Source of the DNA: the human T2T-CHM13v2.0 reference genome, Homo sapiens
DNA: 64,000 nucleotides
Assembly (NCBI GenBank): GCA_009914755.4
Contig: CP068257.2
Location: 17,440,001 to 17,504,000 of the forward strand
Direction of reading: 5' to 3'
A model generated the notes under the pieces. It did not search any database and had not been told where the DNA came from. It worked only from the letters and a program-made list of their open reading frames with translations. Each line of letters begins with the position of its first letter. The first letter of the stretch is position 1. Both the position numbers and the translations under genes were made by a program. Shown piece by piece: positions 13,715 through 27,263 of the stretch.

Positions 13715-14041
13715 GCCGGGCTTGGTGTCTCATGCCTGTAATCCCAGCAGTTTGGGAGGCTGAGGCAGGTGGTCACCTTAGGTCAGGAGTTCGAGACCAG
13801 CCTGTCCAAAATGGCAAAACCCCATCTCTACCAAAATACAAAAAATTAGCCAGGTATGCTAGCAGGTGCCTGTAGCCCCAGCTACTTGGGAGGCTGAGGC
13901 AGGAGAATCACTTGAACCCAGGAGGTGGAGGTTGCAGTGAGCTGAGAGATTGCGCCATTACACTCCAGCCTGGGTGACAGAGTGAGACTCTGTCTAAAAA
14001 AAAAAAAAAAAAAGAAAGAAAAAGAAAGAAAGAAAGAAAAA
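13715..14041 (+). mobile_element. Alu SINE with an A-rich/(GAAA)n tail
   Basis: 'gccgggcttggtgtctcatgcctgtaatcccagcagtttgggaggctgaggcagg...' to '...gagactctgtctaaaaaaaaaaaaaaaaaagaaagaaaaagaaagaaagaaagaaaa'. The 13-bp target-site duplication 'agttaaggagaac' flanks both sides. Confidence 0.9.
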
Positions 14042-15228
14042 AGTAGTTAAGGAGAACTGAAGAAACCAGCACTACCTCTGCAGGGAGGTCAGAGAGGGAA
14101 ACAAAGAATCAAACAAGAATAGGGCTCTGAAAGCAAAAAGAAGAATTTGTTACAAGAAAAAAGGAGAAATAATCCATGGCAAAAGCCATGGTTTGGTTAA
14201 ATAATAGCTGAGATAGGACTTGACCATTGTTTTACTAACATCAAGATGGCAGGAAACCTTATCAAGAAACACTTTTGCTGGAGTAGTGTGGGGACCTGGA
14301 TATTTACACTATACTAAATTATACCCCACAGATTACATGGAGATTGTAGAATAAACAGTTCAAATTGCAATGTGGATATCTGACCGTCCCCTCTTGAACC
14401 AGCAGTCAGTCTTAGAATCTTTTAATGTGGAACAAGCAGATAGCATATTCCTCATGATTTGATGAAATGTAAAGTACACAGTGTCAGGTATAAAGTATTA
14501 TGTAATATTCTATCTATAATGTTGAACTCAAATATGATCACGCCTCTACATGTAACCTACAGTTTACATATAATGGAATTAAAGGGATAAGCCAAATGAC
14601 ACTATAACCAATGAGAAAAATTTATAAAATGTGACATTCTACAACATCTGACATCAGCAATAATTTCATGACATAAGTATAAAAGATAGAAGAAGATGCA
14701 AGAATAAAACAGGCTTACAAAACATTAAAATGCAATTTGTAGACCTTGAGAAACTCTGACTTCTTAACAAATCAAATGTAATGAAGAATAGGATAACTGG
14801 ACAGATTTGAGTATAGACTGACTATTAGATGACATAAAGAGTTAATGCTATTTTTGTTGTTATGTCTGACAAAAGAGTGTGATTGTATTATGGAATGAAG
14901 TATTTAGAATATAGAACTGCCTGACTCTACTTTTTCATGTTTGATTGCTCACATCTTACAAACCTCACTGCTCCCTTCTCTTCTTAGGCCTCGCTATTAA
15001 GCAGGTTGACAATATTCCTCTTTCGGCTGGTAGAAGATTCGAAACACTCAAGCCTCTTGAATATTCCTGGGAACCCTCACCTCACCCCCAATTCTTAAAC
15101 ACAATGACATCTCCAAACTAGTCTCTTTTCCTTACTCTCTCAAGCCATTTTTCAGACCAGCTTGGAAAGGGTGTCTTGTCCTCAAAATGCTTTATTCTGT
15201 TAGTAATAAATATTTTCATACCGTCGTG

Positions 15229-15270
15229 GGGTGTTTGGGGGTGTGTGTGTGTGTGGATGTGTCTGTACCA
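15229..15270. repeat. (GT)n microsatellite, imperfect
   Basis: 'ggggtgtttgggggtgtgtgtgtgtgtggatgtgtctgt'. Confidence 0.8.
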
Positions 15271-15387
15271 TTATCATTATTGACATCTGGATCAAATTTT
15301 GGGTGGAAGTCTGTCCTTCTTCTCAGAGTGTCCAAAACAAGATGTAATGCTATAATGTTTGAAATTTATTGTAGTATATTTTAAAAG

Positions 15388-15500
15388 AATAAAAGAAGAG
15401 AAAGAGAAGAATAAAGGAAGGAAGGAAGAAAAGAAGGAAGGAAGGAAAAGAGGGAGGGAGGGAGGAGATGAAACAAAATAAAAGGTAATAAAAATAAAGG
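15388..15500. repeat. Purine-rich GA/(GGAA)n simple repeat
   Basis: 'aagaagagaaagagaagaataaaggaaggaaggaagaaaagaaggaaggaaggaaaagagggagggagggaggag'. ORF 15292..15534 (poly-Ser/Phe/Leu) is its antisense translation. Confidence 0.8.
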
Positions 15501-16305
15501 AATAAATTTTAAGTGAGGCAACTACTGTGCTCAAATTTCTTAATTCTCTTCTTTCTGACTTTTACCCCGAGGCTGCAGAGGAAGTTTGAGTATTATTAAA
15601 ATGCTGGTGGAGAGGAGTATCAACTGCTCTTCTTCAGTTTCTTGACAGACTTTTTACTGTTACGGCATTTCCCACTTTTCCATTTCTGTTCTCACTACAC
15701 GTACTGAGCAAGCTCAAGCATATACTGCCCTGTCCTTGTTACCTTTGCGTGTTGAACTTAGAACACTATATGTTCTAAAAAAATCACAGATGTATTCCAA
15801 TGCCTAGGTCCTATAAGTATACCCCTAGGCTAACTACTTTCCTGAGTCATGACCATTCCTGCAGGGTATAATCAAGTTCTACCCTCTAACTTTAAATCCA
15901 CATACTCTTTTTGTCTCTAACTCTGGTTCTTCAGGTGGCTGTGAAGCACTCTGAAAGACTTTCTTTTCCCGGATTTCCAATCAAGGGGGTAGATTTATCC
16001 TCCTTTACACTAGAATGTTCATGTTTGCCCAGGGGTCTGTGTGTCACTGCCACAGTAACAGAAGATTAAGAGTCATTCATCCCTTTCTCAGTTCTTTCCC
16101 CTCTTACTGGGCTTTTCCGCCGGCCCGAAAATATTTGTAAGTGCTTTCCCAGCCTTTTAGAATGCTGAGTCTTGTTTTGTGCTTTATGGTACCACTTTGC
16201 AATTTGAGTTTGCCAGGTGTTGGTTATTGCCTTTCCCAATTCTCGAGCCATTATAAAAATGTCTTTCCATTTGGTCCTAGGTTGCAATACAATAAGAATT
16301 ACCAC

Positions 16306-16630
16306 TGTTATGGTTTGGCTGTGTCCCCACCCAAATCTCACCTTGAATTGTAATAATCCCCATGTGTCAAGGGTGGGGCCAGGTGGAGATAATTGAATCA
16401 TGGGGGTGGTTTCCCCCATACTGTTCTAGTGGTAGTGAATACATCTCATGAGATCTGATGGTCTTGCCTACCACCAAGTAAGACATGACTGTGCTTCTCC
16501 TTTGCCTTCCACCATAATTGCGAGGCCTCCCCAGCCATGCAAAACTCTGAGTCCACTGAATCTCTTTCCTTTATAAATTACCCAGCCTCAGGTATGTGTT
16601 TATTAGCAGCATGAGAACAGACTAATACAA
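16306..16630 (+). mobile_element. THE1-family MaLR LTR
   Basis: 'tgttatggtttggctgtgtccccacccaaatctcaccttgaattgtaataatccccatgtgtcaagggtggggccaggtggagataattgaatcatggggg...' to '...ctttcctttataaattacccagcctcaggtatgtgtttattagcagcatgagaacagactaatacaa', close to the THE1 consensus. Confidence 0.8.
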
Positions 16631-16640
16631 CCACAAATTA

Positions 16641-16983
<343 letters not shown>

Positions 16984-18269
16984 CTATCACATATACTTCT
17001 AGGCAATCACATTCTACAACTACAGTAAAATCCTAGATGTTCACCAAACTTGACGTTGTTCATGTAAATTAACCAGTAAATAAATGTAACTGTATGTCTA
17101 ATAAGATAATATTTTATTTTTTTACTCATACATCTGTTAATTCATTGATATTATGTAAGAAAATAATTATATATCATTCACTATTTAGGTATTATTGAAA
17201 AGTTTTGAAGCTATAAAGTAAAATACAACACATCTTTCTTCCTTCAAAGAAATCACAATTGACAGTGACAATAGTTTAATACATATATAATTTTGAATAA
17301 CTATGAAAATAGATATATCCATATGGCTTTGTGGGAATGCTGAATATTTGTAACTAACCCAGCTGAGAGGAGTTAAATGGATCTTGACCTTGCCTTGAAA
17401 GGACTTTGGCCAGTTCGTCTAAATCTGCTCCTGGCTCTCTGGATCGTGTATGATAGGAAAAATTCCACAGGAGAGGACCACAAGGGAATGTGTTCTCAGT
17501 TGAGGACCAAGTGCTAGTCAAAGGAAGCAGGTAACAGAAAATTGTGGTAAAAATGAGAAAGTGGTTAAGTTTATTTCCAGTGGTACAAGGGTTCCATAAA
17601 GCAGAGGAAAGGACTGAAGGGGAATCCATTTTAGGAGCTTCCAGGAAATGGAAGTTTTTGTGCTCTAAAAAGATAAGAAAATAAGAGGGCATAAAATTTA
17701 GACCAGATTGGGAAGAATGGCTTCCAAAGGAAGGAAAAGATGAGGGTAATGTTTAGAAATGACTGGATTCAAATATTTTGTTTCTGGCAGATGTTATTTT
17801 GGGGACAGAATGACTAAGGGTTGATCTCAAATAATACTTGGTCTATGAAACTGGTATAATGGATGACAGTAGCCATGTCCTTAAATAGAGATGCCCTATT
17901 CTCATGAAAGAAACTGAGGAACAAATTAGACAGAACTCTTTCTGTGCAAAGAATGTTTCATGGTGTTCAGAAGAATAGAGAGAGTGTGTCTTCAAGTGGC
18001 AGACCCTGTTAAAACCTGGGAGAACAGGTAAAATCCTGTCCTAGGGTATGGGTTAATGACTTGTTTTGATTAAGAACCATATTCTGAGAATTCTACTTAT
18101 TTGAGAAGGTAAATATCATCTACCATAGATTATAATTTTAAAAATGAATACTAAGGCAATTTAAAACATAAGTATCTTACAAAAGGTAACAGTGTTCATA
18201 AATATAAAATTTCAATATTATATAAATTCAATTTCTATCAGTTTTAATATGATTTTTTTTACTATATAT

Positions 18270-18665
18270 TCATCAGAGTTCTCTGGAGAACAGGACAAAT
18301 GGAATTTTTTTTATTTACTTATTTACTTTAAGGAATTAGCTCACATGATTATGGAAGTTTGCAAGTCTAAAATTCTCAGGATGGGCTGGCAGGCTGGAAA
18401 CCAGGAAGAAGCTGATACTGAAGTTCAGGTCCAAATGCATCTGCTGAAGAATTCCCTTTTGCTGGCAAGAGGTCATTCTTCTGTTCTATTCAAGTCTTCA
18501 ACTGACTGGAGGAGGCCCATTCACATTATGGAGGGCCATCTGCTTTACTTAAAATCCATCAATTTAAATGTTAATCTCATCAAAAAATATCCTCATAGAA
18601 ACATCCAGAGTAATGTTTGAACATATATCTAGGCACCAGCCAAGTGGATACATAAATTTAACCAG
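18270..18665 (+). mobile_element. Ancient mammalian LTR-like interspersed repeat (ERVL/MaLR class, subfamily not resolved)
   Basis: 'catcagagttctctggagaacaggacaaatgg...ggaattagctcacatgattatggaagtttgcaagtctaaaattctcaggatgggctggcaggctggaaaccaggaag...ggaggaggcccattcacattatggagggccatctgctttacttaaaatccatcaatttaaatgttaatctcatcaaaaaatatcctcatagaaacatccagagtaatgtttgaacatatatctaggcaccagccaagtggatacataaa' matches a widespread old mammalian repeat consensus. ORF 18192..18620 lies inside it. Confidence 0.45.
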
Positions 18666-20229
18666 GCTACAGTGGAATTAGCCTACAATCATTGATCATT
18701 CTTTAATGTTATAGTTTACGTATATAAGATCTGAAAAATGCCATTTTTAAACATTTGTATAGCAATGTATAAGTTATCAATTGCTGTGACATAGATAATT
18801 CCAGTTTATCCTCAATACTACGGTCTGAAGGGAAAGATAACTAAAAATTTATAGGGTCCATTAGAAGAATTGCCAGTAGAAATATTACTTTTACAGGTTT
18901 GGGGATAATGAGCCCCACATGGTTTAAACAAATATGCAAGATAAAACAGCCAGTAAATTAGTGCAAATAAGACTTGAATGTCAGCCTTCTGACTACAAGC
19001 CTAAAACTTTTACCACCATAGCTGTGCTTTAGAGAGAAATGTGTCTATAGTTGGAATCAATTTGTAGGATCAGAGCACTGAGTCCCTTTAAATTTAGGCA
19101 GAGCATCATTCTTCATTAGAGAGCCAGCATGTGGTAGGAAACTGATTAACTTATAGCTCTTTTAAAGGCACCCACAGGTATTCATGTCAGCAATGTACTA
19201 TTTACCAGTCACAAATCTAGAGGTGATCTTAATATGGAAATCCTTAATTTGAAAATAAGGACGATTTCATATTACATTCCAAAGACCGTAATTGTCTTTA
19301 AATTGCCCTTTTTTACTCTGAAGATTTGATCTCTGAGGCCTGAAATGAAACTTTAACATTTTCAATTAAATTCAAGCCTTCAAGGTTTGGTTGAAACTAA
19401 GAAAATGATTTGTGAACCTCCTTTTAAACTCCCTCTGAAATCAGCTTCAAGCTAGTAAAGTTCTAATTCTTCACATTTAGTCGAGTTATAAAAGAGAAGT
19501 TCCTCAATGCTAAACTTTAGTCATAAAGTGCAAGCTATGCCAAAAAAAAATAAAAAAATTTTTTCCAATTAGTCATTAGGCTTTTATTTCAATATCTAAA
19601 ACTTTTTTAAAAAAAAAACAGAACACAGCTTATTGTTTGCATGCATTGTTTAGGAGGTGAAGGCAGTAAAACAAAGCAAAATTAAATAAACAAAATTATC
19701 TTGCCTTCTATTACTTGGCATCTGAGAGTTACATATCCGGCAATTATAATGCGCACTATATATTTTTAAGGTTCTCTCAAATTCTGCGAAATATTTTGGG
19801 ATGTTTCATTTCAAACATCTCGGAAAGCTTCACTCCCTAACATCTTCAATTTACTCTTTCTAAAGTGATAACATGCTTTTGCTCCTTTGAGGAATAAACT
19901 GTTATTGTGATGTATTTTTTCAAGATGTTCAGAATGTGAGAATATCGTGTAATGACGTTCATAACTTCTGTTATCTGCCCTATTGGTAATAGGAAATCGG
20001 CCACGAAAAGTGATCATGGAATCCCCCATTATGTTGCCTTCAGTCTTCATGCTACAATATATTAATATCTTCCTCTCTTAGTTCCTCCCTCTTTGACTTT
20101 ATCATTCATTAGAAATCCTACTCTCTTATTTTTATAAGACTTTTAGAGAACTGAAGAATACTTCTGAAAGTGTGATACAATTTTGAAGTTCATCAATTAA
20201 TTTTTTTCATTTCTCATCTATTAGCTTAT

Positions 20230-20528
<299 letters not shown>

Positions 20529-22374
20529 TGATAGATTTTTGATCATTCTATAAGATTAAAGATTGTTGTGTTATAGCATTGGTAGAAATTTGTGAATTAA
20601 ATGTAACAGACATTAAAGGAGAATTCAAAGAAGTTTATTTTATCACTATATCCAAATATACTGCTAGGATTTACACCTGGCCTTCCTTGTCAAGTGTTGG
20701 ACTTTTTATAGGCTGTCTTGCATCTTGAATCTATGGATTCCGGAATAAGGATGAATATGAAAATATTATAGAACCCAGTGGGTTCATGTTTCAATGAAGC
20801 TGGACATGATTTATCCTCTTAAATACCTTCATAAAACCAAAAGTGAGTTAGTAAAAATTTAAGTAAAGATAAAGTGCCATTTGTTTTCTGGTGTGAGATA
20901 TTAATAGAAAATAAGGCACAAAAATTGGTCCTAAATAGAAATAGCCAATAATTTTTATGTAAACTGAACAGCTGTGAAAACACCAAATATAAATTTCCAA
21001 GTTCATCTTAACATATAGACTGGAGTATTATGTATTAGGTATAGTTGCTATTTTGACACATTTTCTTCTATAATTCTAGAAATTTCTTATATTTACCTGC
21101 AATAAAAATTTCACAAATACCTAGATTTAATTTTGAAGAAATAAATAAATGAATGTGATTACAAGTCTTTAAACTCCAGTGGTAATTTGGGTATCAAAAT
21201 TAAAGCCTTTATATTCATTTATTATAAAATTTAAAGAATAGTCATGTATAAAAGTGTTCAAAATATTCTAAAATAACAGGTACCACTAATTATTCTTTTC
21301 TATTTTAGCTATTATCACCCTATACCAGTTTGTAACATACTAGCAGAATTCACCTTAGAAAGTCAAATCATGAATATTGCTGGTTTTATGTAAAATATCA
21401 AGGAGAGATGACCTTGTACTTCTTCTTACTGGCTTATACAAAATCAACTTGATAATGGATGTATGCTGTTTCTAAATAAGGCGTTTAATATTCAAATATT
21501 TTCAGTGACTGGGATAAATCACCCATTTCATATCTTACCCTAGTACCAAATGCATGGCCATTCATTCCGTGTTAAATATAGATCTACTAGAGGACCCATA
21601 ATTTAGCATTTTAGTTAAATAGTCTGGTCATGTTAGTATTTATTTAAAGAAAAATTCTATCCCATATTCTCTCTCATTCTGTATATCATGACTTTGAATT
21701 GGTGAGGGCTTTTGTGTACTTGGAGTTTAGGTCAAAGTAATAAATGGTAAGATTCAAAGTTGTGGAAACTCCATAATATTTTCAAAGTAAGAAAAACCTA
21801 GCCGTGTGACCTTCTAAACTTTAATATTTATACTGTCTCAAATAATTAAGTTGTGTATAAATTAGCATATATAAAAATGTCCTTATTTGTGCTAATTTAT
21901 GGGCTCTTCAAAAATAACACAAACTCACCACAAGTCACACATAAGCTATTATAGCACTGTGAAGAATAAAGAAGGTCATCAGAATTTGTTTCTCAATAGA
22001 AGAGTTGATTGTAGTAAGACTTTGAAATGAAAATAGGCACTTAAAAATGGGGCATTTATATAAAATATAAAGACTTTGACAAATCAGAAAAGCTGAAAAA
22101 TAAGAAGGAAGGAGTAAAAAAGGAAGACAATTAGAAAATAAGTATTAAAAAAGAAAAATGACAATGGATTATTATACTTGTTTTGGTTTAAAAATTCATA
22201 AAATTTCAGAGGAGAAATTATTTGGTACTAGAATTCTAGCAGTCACTGACCCATGCATTCTTACATGTGTCCTGTTTTCTTAGTTTTACTTATTCTTGTA
22301 GGTATCCTATTTTCACGGGAACATTTTTGTTTATCTCTATTATCTCAGTTTAATTGTGTCGCTCTCCCAATATT

Positions 22375-22520
22375 TCTCAAAATAACAAAAAACACAACAA
22401 ATTATAAATTACATTCCCAAAACATGTGTTACTTAATAGCCAGGAACAGTGCTTCCAAGGTGTTTCTTCAATAAATACAAAAACATATTCTTTAAATGAC
22501 TTCTGTTAAAAAAAAAAAAC
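22375..22520 (+). repeat. Unclassified ~135-145 bp repeat unit with an A-rich end (a second copy lies at 24291-24424)
   Basis: 'tctcaaaataacaaaaaacacaacaaattataaa...cagtgcttccaaggtgtttcttcaataaatacaaaaaca...' is shared with 24291-24424 ('tctcaaaatagcgaaaagcacaataagttataag...gagtgtctccaatgtgtttcttcaataaatacaaaaaca'). Confidence 0.4.
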
Positions 22521-22551
22521 AAGAAAAATGATCATGTGATGTGAAGGCATT

Positions 22552-22862
22552 TGATATAGCTTGGATGAGTGTCCCTGCCCAAATCTCATATTGAAATGTA
22601 ATCCCCAGTGTTGGAGGTGGGGCCTGGTGGGAAAGTTATGGCACCTACCCAGTGCTCTCCTGGTCCTGCTTTCATTATGTGACCTGCCTGTTCCCCTTCA
22701 CCTTCCACCATGGTTGTCAGCTCCCTGAGGCCTCACCAGAAGCAGATTCCACTATGCTTTCTGTGCAGCCTGCAGAACTGTGAACCAATTAAATCTATTT
22801 TCTTGTAAATCACCCAGTCTCGGATATTTCTTTATAGCAATGTAAGAATAACCTAATACAGC
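22552..22862 (+). mobile_element. MST/MLT1-type MaLR solo LTR
   Basis: 'ttgatatagcttggatgagtgtccctgcccaaatctcatattgaaatgtaatccccagtgttggaggtggggcctggtgggaaag...' to '...cagaactgtgaaccaattaaatctattttcttgtaaatcacccagtctcggatatttctttatagcaatgtaagaataacctaataca'. Confidence 0.75.
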
Positions 22863-22962
22863 ATGTCAAAACTAAACATTCAAATTATGTTGGTTTGGTT
22901 TTACCCTCATTCAGATCTTTACGATCTCTTATCTGGATTATTGGAATCTATTTAATATTACC

Positions 22963-23947
22963 TGTAGGGAAAAGAGAGATTAGACTGTTACTGTGTCTAC
23001 GTAGAAAAGGAAGACATAAGAAACTCCATTTTGACCTGTACCCTGACAATTGCTTTGCCCTGAGATGCTGTTAATCTGTAACTTTGCCCCAATCTTGAGC
23101 TCACAAAAACATGTGTTGTATGGAATCAAGGTTTAAGGGATCTAGGGCTGTGCAGGATGTACTTTGTCAATAAAATATTTACAGGGAGTATGCTTGGTAA
23201 AAGTCATCGCCATTCTCCATTCTCGATAAACCAGGGGCACAATGCACTGCGGAAAGCCGCAGGGACCTCTGGCCTAGAAAGCCAGGTATTGTCCAAGGTT
23301 TCTCCCCATGTGATAGCCTGCGATATGGCCTGGTGGGATGGGAAAGACCTGACCATCTCCCAGCCCGACATCTGTGAAGGGTCTGTGCTGAGGAGGATTA
23401 GTAAAAGAGAAAGGCCTCTTGCAGTTGAGATAAGAGGAAGGCCTCTGTCTCCTGCCTTTCCCTGGGAACGGAATGTCTCGGTATAAAACCCGATTGTACA
23501 TTTGGTCAATCCTGAGATAGAAAAACCGCCCTGTGGCGGGAGGTGACATGTTGGCAGCAATGCTGCTCTGTTATTCTTTACTCCACTGAGATGTTTGGGT
23601 GGAGAGAAGCATAAATCTGGCCTGCGTACACATCCAGGCATAGTACCTTCCCTTGAACTTATTTTCTCACATGTTTCCTTGCTCACATGTTTTCTTTCTT
23701 CTCCCCACCATCACCCTGCTTTCCTGCTGCATTCCTCTTGCTGAGATAGTGAAAATAGTAATTAATAAATACTGAGGGAACTCAGAGACGAGTGCCAGTG
23801 TGGGTCCTCCGTATGCTGAGCGCCGTTCCCCTGAGCCCACTGTTCTTTCTCTATACTTTGTCTCTGTGTCTTATTTATTTTCTCAGTCTCTCATCCCACC
23901 TGATGAGAAATACCCATAGGTGTGGAGGGGCTGGCCCCCTTATTCTT
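22963..23947 (+). mobile_element. HERV-K (HML-2 group) LTR5-type solo LTR
   Basis: This ~985 bp element starts 'tgtagggaaaagagagattagactgttactgtgtctacgtagaaaaggaagacataagaaactccattttgacctgtaccctgacaat...' and contains '...ggaaagccgcagggacctctggcctagaaagccaggtattgtccaaggtttctccccatgtgatagcctgcgatatggcctggtgggatgggaaagacctgaccatctcccagcccgacatctgtgaagggtctgtgctgaggaggattagtaaaagag...', 'taattaataaatactgagggaactcagag' and '...cccataggtgtggaggggctggccccc'. These are signature LTR5 motifs. ORFs 23157..23486, 23204..23686 and 23274..23549 lie inside it. Confidence 0.8.
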
Positions 23948-24017
23948 TATTATACCTATTTATCTACAACATTCAATAATGCAAGCCTGATTGTGTCAAT
24001 TCCTTCCTTTTTTTCCT

Positions 24018-25370
24018 AGAGCAATGATGCCTTCTTATTTGTATTTTTAATTGACCTATTAGTCTTATATATTTGTGGAGTACAATGTGATATTTTATAT
24101 AAATATACATGTGGAATGATTAAATCAAGAAAATTACACATTTCTCACCTCTTATTATTTTTAAGGTAAGGAAATTGAATTTTGAAATATACATTATTAT
24201 TAACTATAGTCACCCTGCTGTAGAATAGATCTCAAAAACCTTATTCTTCCTGTTTAACTGAAACTTTGCACTTTATGACTATCACCTCTTTCTCAAAATA
24301 GCGAAAAGCACAATAAGTTATAAGATCAGTCTCAACAAATGTGTCACTGAATAGTAAGGAAGAGTGTCTCCAATGTGTTTCTTCAATAAATACAAAAACA
24401 ATTATGAAATACACTATTTTTTTTGAAATTTATCTCTCCATTCTATCCTGCATCCTCCATCCCACCATTCTCTAGTAGCCACCTTTCTGCTTTCTGCTTC
24501 TATGAGTTTGACTTATTTAGATTACACTTATAAGAAATGATATTATAGTAGTTATCTTTATGTGACTGGCTTATTTCACTTAGCATAATGTTCTTCAGGT
24601 TCATCCATGTTGACTCAGATGACAAATTTAGTTTTAAAGCATGAATAGTATTTCATTGCTATCATTTGAATGTGTTCCTCAAAATTCATGTATTGGAAAC
24701 TTGATTGTCAATGCAGGGGCATTGGGAGATGGAACTTAATGGAAGAGGTTTGGGTCATGGGGCATCCTTCTCATTAATGGATTAATAATACCACTATCTC
24801 AGGATTGGATTCCTAAGAAAAGGGTGACTTCAGCCTTCTCTCTCTGTCTCACTCACCTTCTCTTGCTCTTCTGCTTTTCACCATAAGACAATCCAACAAG
24901 GCCCTTGTCGGATTCTGGTCCCTCAATCTTGAGTTTCCAGCACCAAGAACTGTGAGCCAATATACGTCTGTTCACTATAAATGACCTGGTCTCTGATGCT
25001 TTGTTACAGAAGCACAAAATAGGCTAAGTCATCGACTGTGCATATATGCCACATTTTCTTTTTCCATTCATCAATTGATAGATATTTAGCTCAATTCTAT
25101 GTCTTGGCTATTGTGAATATTGCTGCAATGGAGATAGAAAGGCAGATATCTCTTTGACATACTAATTTCAATTCCTTTTGGAATACAGAAGTGGAACGTA
25201 TTATAGTTCTATTTTTTGCTTTTTGAGGAACCTCAATATAGTTTGCTATAATGTCTATACTAATTGACATCCCGACCAATAGTTTATAAAAAATTCCTTT
25301 TCTTTGTATACTTTCCAAGACTTGTTATCTTTTGGCTTTTCAATAATAGTCATTTTAATAAGTGTGAGGT
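24018..25370 (-). mobile_element. L1 (L1MA/L1PB-like) 3' end fragment, antisense, split by nested insertions
   Basis: Poly-T at 24010-24017, then the antisense L1 3' UTR ('...ttaactatagtcaccctgctgtagaatagatctc...', '...ctagtagccacctttctgctttctgcttctatgagtttgac...tgactggcttatttcacttagcataatgttcttcaggttcatccatgttg'). It resumes after the MaLR insert with 'ccacattttctttttccattcatcaattgatagatatttagctcaattctatgtcttggctattgtgaatattgctgcaatgg...' and runs to about 25370. Confidence 0.7.
24655..25028 (+). mobile_element. MaLR (MLT1/MST-type) LTR nested inside the old L1
   Basis: 'tcatttgaatgtgttcctcaaaattcatgtattggaaacttgattgtcaatgcaggggcattgggagatggaacttaatggaagaggtttgggtcatgggg...' to '...cagcaccaagaactgtgagccaatatacgtctgttcactataaatgacctggtctctgatgctttgttacagaagcacaaaataggctaag'. 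Confidence 0.7.
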
Positions 25371-26008
25371 TAAAAAAGAGGAAGAGAGAAAAACATAGAA
25401 AATAAACAAATTTTAAATTGATATACAACATCTAAATCTAAAACTTTAAAGTGAAAATCATTAACAAATTACATCACCTATCCCAGGCACTCTACCATGA
25501 CCTCTCCATCCTCGCCACCTTGTACTATCCTTGGTTCTCTGAATATATTGTATAATATCTCAATTTAACTTTTTAGACAGACAAATACTACAGACCAGAG
25601 TGTTCTTATCCCATGGAACTCTCACTGCCACACAAACACACCAGCTTCTTATTTATCTACCTGGTATAATATTTTCCATCTTCAAGGATTATCTCAAATT
25701 TGACCTCCCCAAATTACAAATGGAATTAATCATTGTTTCCTCTGTACATTAACATTCAAACAAGCATTCGCCAATTGTGATTCATTCCCAGACCAATAAG
25801 TAGTTTAAAAATTATTAACAAAATATATATAATTAATAATCCAATATAAAAATTCTGATAAGATATTCATAAACATAAATGAATGGAGAAAGAGAACAAA
25901 AATAGTTTTAAAATGGAAAATGAATATAAGTTTTTGGTGTTTATCTTTTAAAAACAACAATAAATTAAACAAGGTGGAAGCTAAATACAGCTGCACTATA
26001 GAAATTTA

Positions 26009-27263
<1,255 letters not shown>

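Noticed and set aside
17354-17692. 112-aa minus-strand ORF in apparently unique sequence
   Set aside because: It has no recognisable domain-like composition, no flanking splice signals or conservation cues, and its length is within what a random frame in a 64-kb AT-rich window would give.
18192-18620. 142-aa ORF, the longest in the track
   Set aside because: It falls inside an ancient LTR-like interspersed repeat, has low-complexity AT-rich codon usage and shows no splice or Kozak context.
23204-23686. 160-aa ORF on the minus strand, plus two overlapping ORFs
   Set aside because: All three are inside the HERV-K LTR5 U3/R region, which is non-coding regulatory sequence. They have no start context, and LTR5 carries no gene.
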